DNA of 61,487 bases, the filler included, from Choristocarpus tenellus KU-1152 (Eukaryota; Protista; Phaeophyceae), in NCBI GenBank assembly GCA_964200185.2. It is 7 parts of 7 records of this genome, joined end to end, with 100 filler letters (N's around TTAATTAATTAA, not from the genome) between each part and the next. Parts side by side here need not be neighbours in the genome. Positions count along the whole stretch, not along the records: positions 1 to 10,080 come from CAXNAD020003167.1; positions 10,181 to 22,524 come from CAXNAD020001869.1; 5 more parts are not named here. One strand, given 5' to 3'. Under the pieces are notes generated by a model. It saw only the letters and a list, made by a program, of their open reading frames with translations. It ran no database searches and was not told the DNA's origin. A program made the position numbers and the translations under genes. Below, one piece after another: positions 1 to 11,417 of the stretch (the first letter of the stretch is position 1; each line of letters begins with the position of its first letter).

Positions 1-34
1 CCTTTAAATGATGATTGTTGATGTCTCTTAACAG

Positions 35-997
35 ATTGTTGAGGCGGGAGGAGGTGTCATTATTGGGTACCCTTCTGTAAATGGTCAAGGAGGGGGGGCA
101 GGCGCGATGGGGGCAGGCATGTTGAACAACACCCCTTCTGGCGGGTTCTCATTCCAGCCTCTTGCTGGGGACAACTATGGACATGTGCAGGAGGTGAGGT
201 TTGTCACTTCCAACCTTACCTATGGGTAGTGGTGCACTATAGGGTTAGGGTTAGTGCCTGTTTGAGGGACTGGTAGTCCTTGTAGTGAGTATCCTTGTAG
301 TGAGTAAGAGCTCAGCACCATTCTATTTTTGTTTGAAGGTAGTTCTGTGACATTGTGTGTGGTGATTATTATTGTGTCATTTGTCTCTCTATGTCATGGG
401 GTATTGAGTACTTTGTTTCTGTGAAGTCTCGATGGGAGGGAGGTTTGATTGGGATGGGTGGATTCGATTTCTTCACACTTGGATTGATGTTTGATGTTTC
501 TGATGTATCTGGTTTAGGCAATGCAGTCAAAACTGGAGTAGAGTGGACCATTTTAGTTTGTTACATTGTCAATACATCATCTGATTACATCTCATACATC
601 TCATACATCCTGATGGTGGAGTTGTTCCCTGATTGTGCCTTGCAACACCCACTACCAATTTAAGATTTTTTGGGCACCATTCAGTTGATGTTTGGGTTTG
701 GGTTGCTCATTATGGCAGGTTCAAGCATCCTGTCCAAAGTGTTCATTGTACTATCCGCAAAGCATTTCTTATTCATGTCTCAATAGCAAGTAACCATTGT
801 ATGGTGTTGGTATTACATTGCAGGCGGAGATGATGCGTGCAAGCACCAGTACCATGGATCTTACAGAGCTGGCGCATGGTGGTAGCTCCAGGGGTGGCCC
901 TTCCAGGGACAGTGGTAGTGCCAGTGCCAATGCCAATGCCAATACCAACCGCCCTTTTGAATTCAACTCACCAGCCAGCATGCCCCCTAGAGACTAG
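35..997 (+). CDS. Last two exons of an unknown Gly/Ser-rich protein (5' part lies outside the window)
   Basis: Exon 35-193 (taacag|IVEAGGGVIIGYPSVNG...GDNYGHVQE|gtgagg) joins in phase 0 to exon 824-997 (ttgcag|AEMMRASTSTMDL...PASMPPRD*). Splice sites are canonical. No recognisable domain. Confidence 0.6.
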
Positions 998-3900
998 TTG
1001 GACTGAAGTGAGCTCCTGAGGTGTTGATGGCCAATGGTGGCTTTGTGGCATTAAAGATGAACTTTGTTGGTGTACTGGAGGTTGTCAATGACATGATGTA
1101 ATGCAAGAATTTAGTAGAAAAACTATAGGGGAAGTAGGTGGGGGGTGAGGTGAGCACCAAGCACTCTCTCTGCATATGAAGAGAGATGGATCAGTGGTGT
1201 GGTGTGGAGGCTGACTTTGACCAGGTCCAGATTTTGTGTCAGATTAGGTAGTAGAGGTATAAATGAAAAGAGAGGGTGGGGGTGTTACTGAGAGAGTGCT
1301 AGCAGTTAGTGGGTCTGACGATCAGGTTGCGGAGTCCCTGCTTTGGGATTGTCCAAGGCTTCACCTGTCGGTGAGTGCATTATGACACGAGGAGATGTTG
1401 AGGGTGCGGAAAGGGGGTCTCAGGTGCGAGAACGGAGTTGAGGTTATACAATCGACTGAGTCCTCTTGAAAATGTGTTTGGTACCCACAACAGTGGTAGT
1501 CTTGAGGTGTTACATTAGTGAAAGCAGTATACCATTCATCTCCTGGAGTATGGTGGCATGACATGGTGTAAACTTCTTTTGGGAATGTGAATGCTTGTGA
1601 TAGGTGGTATGTGATGATTATAGTGAGTGTTGGCAACAGAGGTGTGCTCTTGAAATGGTAGTGGTATTCAATGGATGTTTCTGGTGATCTGGGGAGGGAT
1701 CAGGAATGAAATGGGCATTGGTAGCTATCTACCTGAATGAAGTCATCTTCTGCTGCTTCATCACATATGTGGAGTATTTTTTCTCAGGAGATGAGGTTGG
1801 TAGGTATTGGGAGTGGTGGGGTAAATGGGTGTTGTATCTTACTGACTTCTTGCTACATATTTTGATCATTTGCAGCAACTTCAAAAGGATATGATGCTCA
1901 TTACGTTGGTTGTGCCTGCTTGGTGATAGTGATTGTCATGCAATCCAACATCTATGCCTTTTTGTGAGGCATGCCTTAGGGGAATCACCATGGAAGGACA
2001 GCACCAGTCGGCAGTGGAGGGCAGCAGTAGTTAGTTGTGGTCAGAAGCACAACTCGTAGCACCTCATGATGCACATTTCTTAGTGAAAATAGTTAGTTTA
2101 ATTATTTTTGTGGAGTGCATATCGATGAGCATTGAATGTGCCCATTGGTTTCTTATTGGATCTAATTGGTTGTTGACCTCCCACGAAAAGAGTGTGTGTT
2201 CGGGCAGCTAGGTGTTTGTGAGTAAAATATGGTGAAAGAGCGAGGGGAGGTGTGTTGTAGGAAAGAAAGAGATACACATATAATACATAGAAGTAGGATA
2301 GGTACATGTAGGAAGTATCGTATATTTTGATATATGATGCAAAAAGACACATGGTTGCAGAAGTAGTTGCTATTGTAATATTAAGGATAAATGCAGAAAT
2401 ATACACAATTTACAATACATGATGTGATTGAGGTGAACTTGAGTCTATTTGTCGCGAAGTGAGGTGCTAAGGTGGTAACTACGATCAATGCATGTTGCCT
2501 GAGCAGACCAAGTCATCGATGAACATCAACAGCAGTCGTAGTATCTCGAGTTTTCTTTTGTTGCTAGAAAAATAAATCCTCCGATTTTCCGTCAGGCTTC
2601 AGGCACTATTAATCGAAGAGTTATTATCCCAGCAAGAAGGAAAGTAACCCTTGGGGTTGTGGACCTGACAACCTACTTAGGAGAAGGGAGGCAAGAGAAA
2701 TGTTAACACTAAAACAATATAAATAATAACGCCTTTTTGGTGGTCGGCAAGTAATACTGTTGTACAAATAAGAGTATTTCTATCCTTAGAGGGGGCAATC
2801 GTTGAGTGTCTGGGATATGCTTGCGATCACATACTCTAGTATGTGGCGAATAACTGTGATCCCAGTACTCTGAAGACAGATTTAGTGGTAGTGACGACAG
2901 TACAATCATCTATCTTCCTTTCATTGTAGAGTCAGAGATGGACATGGGTAGTCGGGCAGGAGGTCTAAGGAATTGGTGCCAAAATACTCAAAGTAAGCTC
3001 TAAGTAGACTCCCTCTAAGATAGCTATGGTTCAGACCTTTGTGACCCTGTTACAGAGTGGCCGATCACCTTTTCTTTGATAATACCAATAGGTAGAGTGA
3101 CAACAGAAATTTGATTTTCATCTGACATTACACCTTCACCGATGTAATCTCCTTGAGATATATACTCCTATCAATACCACACGGTATTCACAAGTAATAC
3201 TGCTCGTAACTGAGTAGACAACTAAGGAGCATGAAACGCACACCTGGCAATTTAATGCCCAAGGCTACCAAGAACAGCGAGCAGCTAGTTATCTACTTAG
3301 TAAGAACAAGAGTCTCATAATCCGACCTTTAGTTGGCCCAACAGGTACATCGGATCACAACCAGAAAGTCAAAATTCATTGCTATTGGATCAAGCGAAAT
3401 TGACCCAGTCCAACCTTATCACAAACACCCAATAACTCTATCTGCCCACAGTTTGGAATTATTCACACACCACTCAGAGGCAATAACAGACATTCCTACA
3501 TGCAATATGAGCGATTATATTGATCATGCCTGAGATCATGTGTTCTAGTTGCAACAAAGTGGAAGTGAAAGAGGGGGGTGTAGATGTGTGTGTCTACTAA
3601 CCCTAACCCTAACCCCAACCCTAATCATCGACACAAGTGAGACTTAACTGTGGAGCATACATACATACACTGTTTACCTTTCCAAGTGTACACCAATCAA
3701 TTTCGATCACCACAAAAGATGTAAAGAGTCCTAAGAGGCTCATCATTCATTCATTCAAATTGTTCCTAAGATGTGCTTCACACTGCAGTCAAACATTTTC
3801 GGAACAACAAATGATGAGAGCTAGTCCAAAGAAAAACTCCCCAGACTGTTCCCAATTACAACAACACCCTCTCTTTCCCCAAACCTCATGCTAAAATACA

Positions 3901-4151
3901 TACTACTAGACTGCATACCCTTCCTTCCAACCCACCCAACATCTCCTATTGTATTCCAGGAAGTAGAGGAGCATAGGAATGCCACACCAAAGAGTGTTTG
4001 TTTCTAGCATGTGTCTTACCATGCCATCATCACTGTAAAGAACAAAACTAACAACATAACGCCGAGCAAGATGAGTTGAACAAAATCAAAACATGAGGGA
4101 CAGGTCGGCTAGGTCTTCCCAGTGGGCAAGAGGTGCCCTAATCCTAACCCC

Positions 4152-7099
4152 TTAAAGTGACACCTGCGAAGGGCGTTGATCAGGCGGTAACAAAAGGGAC
4201 TGAGTCAAGAGGACAATAATCACATGCATGCGTGCAAGAACTAGATGAAAATTAAAAATATGTAAGAATGGTACTTACTATCAATGATAACTATATATGA
4301 TGTATCAATAATAATAACTATGCGTGATGTGAGGGTGAGTAGTGAGAAAAGAGATCAGCTATCAGCAGTGAGTGTGAGTTGACAAACAAGATATATTCAA
4401 AATTCAATTTCATTTTCAAGTCCTAACCCTAACACTACTGTAATGGGATAACAGGAAAGCTATCAAGCCACACCTTAGAATATCATATTGCCGGACCACT
4501 TGTTCTCTTTTCTAAAACAAAGCTAAGCCAGGTGTAACCCTAACCCTAACACACCAAAACGGAACAAGCATCTTGTATGAAAAGTCAAACCCTAACCCTA
4601 GCCCTTCATTCTGTCAGCATTCTCAATCAATACATCCCCCTGTATCAAGGGGGAAATTTCGTAGTTCCAGAGTTAGTGACAATCAAAACTCTTGTTTCTT
4701 CTCATGTTGGTTAGGGTTAGGGTATCAACTGGTATGATAAATAGTGTAACAAGAGGTAATGCTACTTACTATTATCATTAGGGTTAGGGTTCATCTATAG
4801 TAATACCAATAAGAACACGGAGAAAAGGTTAGGGTTGATGTCTCTTACAGTAATAATAAACATAATATTAGGGTTAGGGCTATAGTATGTAACAGGGGAT
4901 TCATTCTATTTTTGCACCATCCTGTTAACCTTAACCCTAACCCTAACCCAAACACTAACAAAAGACTGCTCATGAAGTAAAAAAAAACAAATAGACACCA
5001 TAATAGTTGAAATCATATTAATATTAGTATTAGGGTTAGGGTTATGGTTAGGTGATTTCAAAATGGCAAGAGGCACCTCACTCACCTCAGGGATCAATTC
5101 CATCCCCTTCTCCTTGCAGACCTGTAGGATGTGTGCTCTCATGGACAACTCTTGAGGGCTTTGCAACGGAGGTGTGGAATCAGCCCCTCCAATCTCCTAC
5201 ACAACAAACAACAATAGACAGTTCATGCTTGTGAGGGTTAGGGTATTGACTACTGTAACTAATATCTATAAATAACATAATACATCCACCAAATAGCGTT
5301 GAACAATTAATGGACTGGGGTTAGGGTTGGCACTATAGTGAAATAACAGTGTTAGGGTTAGGGTTAGGGTTAGGGTCACTCTCATCAGAAAAATAAGTTA
5401 TTGCTGTTTTCACATTATTATTATTGTTAATAATAATATATTGATAGTCATATAGTTATGTAGTTAATTATTCTCAGAAGGGGTTTGTAATCAGAACTTT
5501 TTAGCAAAATATCAAAATAAAAAAGTAAAATATAAAAAAATAAAATAAAATGCCAGACTACTCATCAAAACAAACTAAAAAGTCTATCATAAACTGTTAT
5601 TGATACATGTAACAGAGACTTAACGTTTTCTCTAACAATAAGCCAATCAAAAGTAACCTTTAACAAAAAAACTACCACCTGTATGTTTATATGGTTAACG
5701 TCAACTATCATGGTTAATATCATATATCATGGTTCATATCAAATAATATACATAGTGTAAACAGTACACGTAGAAGACATACCACTGATATTAAAACAAA
5801 TAAATACTGAACAACAAAAAGTGTTCCCTACACTACATTCCATTCTTACAATAATATATTTTATAAAGTATTAATATGAACTGCTAGTAAAAACTAATTA
5901 TGAGCTTAACAATCACGCGATAATATTATTATTATTACTATCATTAAAAAAAATTTGAACAGGTTAGTAAAATAAGGTTAGGGTTAGGGTTAGGGTTAGG
6001 GTGAGGGAAGGCTTGCCTGCGGAATCTTGTCTTCATCCACCACCTCCTTGAGTGTGCTCAGGTAGTTTGGACCACAAACAGAGACCTTAGCTTTTGTGTT
6101 GGCATGTAGAAGAGGCGACACCACCTGCACATCCATTTCCATCACATCACATACATCACATCACATCACATTACATCACATTACATCACATGACAACCAA
6201 AAAGGAGTGTGAGAAATGAGTAAAAAATGTCAAATAATAATAAAATAAGAAAAGCTTAGGCTTATGGTTAGGGCTAGGAAGGCTGTTGTTTATTAAAAAA
6301 CGATTACAATTATTATTATTATTATAAATAGTATTACTGATATTATTATTATCTTGTATCCAATTATAACTGGGTTAGGGTTAGGGTTACATATGTTTAA
6401 TTACATTTCAGGCATTTCTGATGAAAAGTAACAATGTGTAGGCTTAGGGTTAGGGTTAGGGTTATACCTCAAATGAAAATAGGGTTAGGATTAGGGTTAG
6501 GGTGCACGTAAGGACAGTCAACAATAAAAATCAACACCAAATATCAACACTAAGTATCAACACTAAGTATCAACACTAAATATCAACACTAAATATCAAC
6601 ACTAAATATCAACACTAACGGTGCACAAGGTATTCTAAAGTCTAACCCTAACCCTAACCCTAAGTCAACACTAAAACATGAATTATTATTACTATTATGA
6701 CTTTTTGTGCAGCTGCATAAGTTGAACTCTAACCATTATGCACAACCAAACCCTAACCCTAACCCTAACCATTATTCCAAAATACACATATTTGTTTTCA
6801 GTAGTTTGGAAGAAGCAGAAAGAACTCACAATTATTATTATTATTATTATTATTATCACTATTATACAATGAAGCATTAACAGACCTTGACAACCTACCT
6901 TTGCGTCCATTCCTGTCATCAAGTTCAAACCAGCAATAATAATAATAATAATAATAATAATAAACCATGCCACACTATCACCATCATTGTGGCATAAACC
7001 AGTGGTCTAAAGGAGGTATACTCTCTTTGGACATACTTGGACCAAAAGGGGTATATTAAAAATTACAAAATAAAAATAAAAGGAAAGAGGCGTGTATGT

Positions 7100-7130
<31 letters not shown>

Positions 7131-9828
7131 TTAATAGTAATAATAATAATAGTAAGACTCTGTCGATGAAGATGATGTTCTTTGACACCTCTTCATCGCC
7201 AAGAAAACTTTCCAGTTGTTTCCGAAATTTCTTTGTGGGCACATGACTCTTCTTTTTAATTTTTATTGTTACACAAACAATAAAAAACTTTGATAGTTTT
7301 TATCTGGAAGTCCTAGAGTTAGGGTTAGGGTTAGTGTTCAGTTTTAGAAATGTTGTATGTTGTAAGTATGTTACAGGGTGTAAGTATTGATAGGGTTAGG
7401 GAAAAATGAATGTATGTAAATATATTATTATTATTAACTATGGTAATGGTGTGAATAAAGTTGGTTGAAGGCTAGGGTTAGGGTTAGGGTTAGGGTTATG
7501 CATTTCTGAGAACTCTTGGCAAATTTGAATTTGAAAAATTCTTAAAAGTACTCTTCTACTGTTGTGAGCACATTCTACACCATAATGTTGACATTCTCAA
7601 TAGTCAAAATAGAGGGTACCCCCCCCCTTGTTTAATTCTTGACAAAAGGAGGTACAGTTAGAGTATCGCCAAACACACATTAACACATTGCTCAGTCCTC
7701 CTATACTAATAACAAGTCGTTTTTTAATTTTTTTACCCATTTTGTACCTTCTTTCGGACTGAATTGTAAAGTATACCCTTTTTGTCATTTGATGTACTGC
7801 CTAACAATACAAAATTAGAATAAATTCTACAATCATGGTGATCAGGGTCAGGGTTAGGGTTACAGTAGTAGGTAGCAATTACAGGAGTAGGTGCTTGGAC
7901 ATACCAACCAACAACCAAGCATTTAGGGTTAGGGTTAGGGTTAGGGTGTTGTATTGTATCAAGGCTATAGATCACATGGCATTACATCTTGGGATGGATT
8001 GTGTTGCAAAAATTAGGGACAGGGTTAGGGAAAAAATGTTTTATTGAAATATTGCATGTGTATTGAAGTATTGAAAAGACAAATTGAACTGGTATATTGC
8101 ATGTGTATTGGAGTATTGAAATGATAAATTGTATTGATATATTGTATATGTATTGGAGTATTGAAATGATAAATTGTATTGATATATTGTATGTGTACTG
8201 GAGTATTGTACTGATAAATTGTACTGATATATTGTATGTATATTGAAGTATTGATGTATTATATTGATATATCGTATGTATATTGAAGTATTGATGTATT
8301 GTATTGATATGTATGTATATTGAAGTATTGATGTATTGTATTGATATGTCGTATTGATATATCGTATTGAAATAAAATATTTCTTGTTCTTGTTTCGATA
8401 CTTAGGGTTAGGGTTAGGATTAGGTTAGGGTTAGGTTAGGGTTAGGTTTAGGTTAGGGTTTAAGATATCTTCTCACCTTCCAGATTACATTGAACCACCA
8501 GGGGGCGTTGATGACAATGATCTTGTAGGACCTCTCTGGGTAGTGTGCACTGATCATCTTCGCCGATCTTACTAGAAACTCCTGAAAACAATAATAATAA
8601 TAATATTAACAATAATAACAATATTAATATCAACAATGACAATATAAATAATAATAACAATATTAATATCAACAATGACAATAAAAATAATGTTAACAAA
8701 AAAAATATTAACAATAATAATAATATTAACAATAATAACAATATTAATATCAACAATGATAATATTAACAATAATAACAATATTGATATCAACAATGATA
8801 ATATTAACAATGTTAACAAAAAATGTATTAACAATAAAAACCAAGTACTGGGAAATGTACACTATAATACATATAGATTAAGAGATGAATAAAAAATAGA
8901 TAATTCTCATGGTGTCTGTTAGGGTTAGGGTTAGGGTTAGGGTCAGGGTTAGGGTCAGGGTTGTTAGGGCAATGGATGCATTTTTTCCAAGGTGGAAAAG
9001 TGGTACTGTTGTGACAAGTAACCCTAACCCTAATCCTATTGGTGGACAGTCATGCATTCTTGATCAATTTGACCATTTTTGTGGTGGATCCCTAACCCTA
9101 ACCCTAACCCTAATGAAAGAAACAAAAAAGATGCCTCTTGGAAGGGATAGGGTTAGGGTTAGGCTATTTCATCAAAGTATTCACTGTCAGCCTTGAGAGA
9201 CCCTAACCCTCAATTCATCCATCAGGCAGTATTTGGTCATGGTTAGGGTTAGGGTTAGGGTTAGGGCTAGGTCCTCTTTTACAAAAAAAAAAAATTGTGA
9301 CATTCCTATCAAGAGCTAGGGTTAGGGTTTTCCACACATATAGAGTACTACACACTTGGAACTTGGTTTCTCCCTAACCCTAACCCTAACCCCAACAAAA
9401 ACTGTACATGTGTTGTGTGTGTATATGTAAATACTCAAGAGTTTTTTGCACTTAAATGAGGAACTCAAACAGTTGACCTAACCCTAACCCTAACCCTAAC
9501 CCTAAGTTTGTAGCTCTACAGAAACATCCAGGAGCACCCATACCGTGTTCACCCCTAACCCTATGCACGGGCTATGCAACTAATATTACCTCACCCTAAC
9601 CCTAACCCTATACACAGGTGGTAATTCCAACTATTGTAGTACACAAACAATTGAAATATTGAACTAATTGATTCTAAGCCTAACCCTAACCCTAAGAAAA
9701 AAACTACAGTGCCAAGTAGAGTACATGACTTGGAAACTGACCTTCACCTCCCCAACAAACATCGACAGCTTCACTCCCCTCAGGTCCATAACTGTCAGCA
9801 ACTTGCCCTCTGGGTCCTTGTCGATAAC
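4152..9828 (-). CDS. CRAL-TRIO (Sec14-like) lipid-binding domain protein, 3' five exons (5' part lost at contig end)
   Basis: Exons: 9828-9742 (VIDKDPEGKLLTVMDLRGVKLSMFVGEVK), 8581-8477 (EFLVRSAKMISAHYPERSYKIIVINAPWWFNVIWK), 6124-6017 (VVSPLLHANTKAKVSVCGPNYLSTLKEVVDEDKIPQ), 5196-5086 (EIGGADSTPPLQSPQELSMRAHILQVCKEKGMELIPE), 4163-4152 (VSL*). All junctions are phase 0. Motifs DLxG, HYPER, INAPxxF..WK..P.L...T..K and IPxExGG are CRAL-TRIO hallmarks. The 12-nt last exon is the least certain. Confidence 0.9.
6533..6618. repeat. 13-bp minisatellite (TATCAACACTAAR) x about 6, intronic
   Basis: Direct tandem copies: tatcaacactaag tatcaacactaag tatcaacactaaa ... Confidence 0.9.
8040..8372. repeat. 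Degenerate AT-rich minisatellite built on TATTG units
   Basis: Recurring unit similar to tattgatatattgtatgtgtattggagtattgaaatgataaattg, shortening toward the right end. Confidence 0.85.
8588..8836. repeat. AT-rich minisatellite (AATAATAACAATATTAATATCAACAATGAY-like)
   Basis: Tandem degenerate copies lie immediately upstream of the 8581 acceptor. They produce spurious Leu/Ile/Thr-rich ORFs. Confidence 0.85.
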
Positions 9829-9829
9829 C

Positions 9830-10075
9830 TAGGGTTAGGGTTGGGGTAAATATCAACAATATAGGGTTAGGGTTAGGGTTAGCGTTAGGGTAGATATCAA
9901 CAATGTAGGTAAAAAGGGTTAGGGTTGGGGTAGATATCAACATTATAGGGTTAGGGTTGGGGTAGATATCAACATTATAGGGTTAGGGTTAGGGTTAGGG
10001 TAGATATCAACAATGTAGGTAAAAAGGGTTAGGGTTGGGGTAGAAATCAACATCATAGGGTTAGAGATCGGAATA
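9830..10075. repeat. Composite minisatellite: TTAGGG units alternating with GATATCAACAWT spacers
   Basis: About 6 units resembling gggttagggttggggtagatatcaacattata and gggtagatatcaacaatgtaggtaaaaa, running to the contig end. Confidence 0.85.
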
Positions 10076-10080
10076 GGGCA

Positions 10081-10180
10081 NNNNNNNNNNNNNNNNNNNN
10101 NNNNNNNNNNNNNNNNNNNNNNNNTTAATTAATTAANNNNNNNNNNNNNNNNNNNNNNNNNNNNNNNNNNNNNNNNNNNN
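10081..10180. other. Artificial contig-join linker (N44-TTAATTAATTAA-N44)
   Basis: Exactly 100 nt with stops in all six frames. Identical at six places in the window. Confidence 0.98.
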
Positions 10181-10428
10181 CCCCCCCCCAACAAACATTG
10201 AGATAAGAAAAAATATTTTCTCTCTCCCCCTCCCCCTGTATACCACACCCCACCCCCCCCCCCCCCCCCCCCCCCCTTTGTATCGCAGGGCGACCACTCC
10301 ACCCCAATTTCCTCGACGACGACGTCCATCCCCCGAGCAAAAATGCTTGGACTAATAACAGCCCATTTACTCCATTACATAACGTTTATGTTGCCATAGA
10401 CAACGACTGGGGTCAATCGGCATGCAGT

Positions 10429-10619
10429 TTAGAGACAGTTTAGTAGAGACAGTTTAGTAGAGACAGTATAGTAGAGACAATCTAGTAGAGACAATCTAGT
10501 AGAGACAACCTAATAGAGACAATCTAGTAGAGACAATCTAGTAGAGACAACCTAATAGAGACAATCTAGTAGAGACAACCTAGTAGAGACAACCTAGTAG
10601 AGACAACCTAGTAGAGACA
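10429..10619. repeat. 14-bp minisatellite (TAGTAGAGACAAYC) x about 13
   Basis: Head-to-tail copies (tagtagagacagtt, tagtagagacaatc, tagtagagacaacc) with no spacers. Confidence 0.95.
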
Positions 10620-11417
10620 CCACTCAGTTGTGTGGAGGCTGCAGGCTCAAGGGCAAGCTCCATTGTGTCTCTTGAGGTCATGTGTAGCATTTACAAACTA
10701 GCAGGAGGTACAGAGGGGATAAAAATCGCCCGTTGTTGCCTTTAAGTGTTTCGAGAGTATTTCTGCCTACAGTATGAACATGAGGATTTCGAGTATGAAA
10801 TGGGAATTTCATCGACAGCGATTTGGGTTGTTTGATAGTATCTTGGCAGGGGGGGGGGGCGAACAGATCACAACTGAAAGAAAAAAAATTAAAAATAGTG
10901 TTGGCAATCTGTTAGGTGGATGACATAGGGGGTCCCTGGACACTTGCTTGTGAAGAGTTGCTGTGTGAGGTTTTGAATCTTTCGGCATCAGATACAAACA
11001 TCCTTCCGCAGGTTCTATAGGACCCCTTTGGCCTAGCCAAGAGAGGTATTCCTTCAGCATTAGATAGAGGTATTCTTTGGCGGTTCTGTGAGAACAATTA
11101 AGCCTACTTGTGTTAAGAAGACGGGACTGCACTAGTTGAAGGGAAGGGGGGGAATGTCTGGCAACGAATGATTACAACACATTCACCACTTCAACTTCAA
11201 CTTCAACTTCAACAATACATTAAACAACAAGTCCGCGCAATAGAGCCCAATCCATCCTACGCATCAAACAACACTGCACTGTTCATACAAGACCACTCCG
11301 GCACAGACATTCGCCAATAAAACACCCCCTTCCCCCTCCCCCACTCCCTCCCTACAAAGCCTTCCTGGAATATGGCAATCTCTCAAGCACAGGCATTACT
11401 TTGTCTTTGTGTCCTAC

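Larger units (their letters stand above)
3597..10075. repeat. Dense field of short interstitial telomere-type (TTAGGG/CCCTAA)n arrays
   Basis: Dozens of 2-8 unit arrays in both orientations, e.g. 5351-5375, 5976-6007, 6646-6663, 7473-7497, 8402-8460 (with TTAGG variants), 8918-8968, 9476-9504. Sparser arrays occur on other contigs, e.g. 13876-13910, 24060-24082, 40763-40793. Confidence 0.95.

Noticed and set aside
1200-3540. Possible decayed retroelement or pseudogene
   Set aside because: Some fragments look protein-like, but I could find no diagnostic RT, endonuclease or integrase motif.
8460-8881. Leu/Ile/Thr-rich ORFs (124, 96 and 68 aa) resembling membrane proteins
   Set aside because: They are translations of an AT-rich minisatellite. 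The real exon is 8581-8477 in another frame.
4906-9943. ORFs containing NPNPNP, RVRVRV or LTLTLT
   Set aside because: These are translations of TTAGGG/CCCTAA arrays.
9830-10080. True chromosome end at the end of contig 1
   Set aside because: The arrays are short and interrupted, and the CRAL-TRIO gene needs further 5' exons beyond this point.
10429-10619. Possible CRISPR array
   Set aside because: The 14-bp units are head-to-tail with no unique spacers, no cas genes are present, and the context is a eukaryotic intron.
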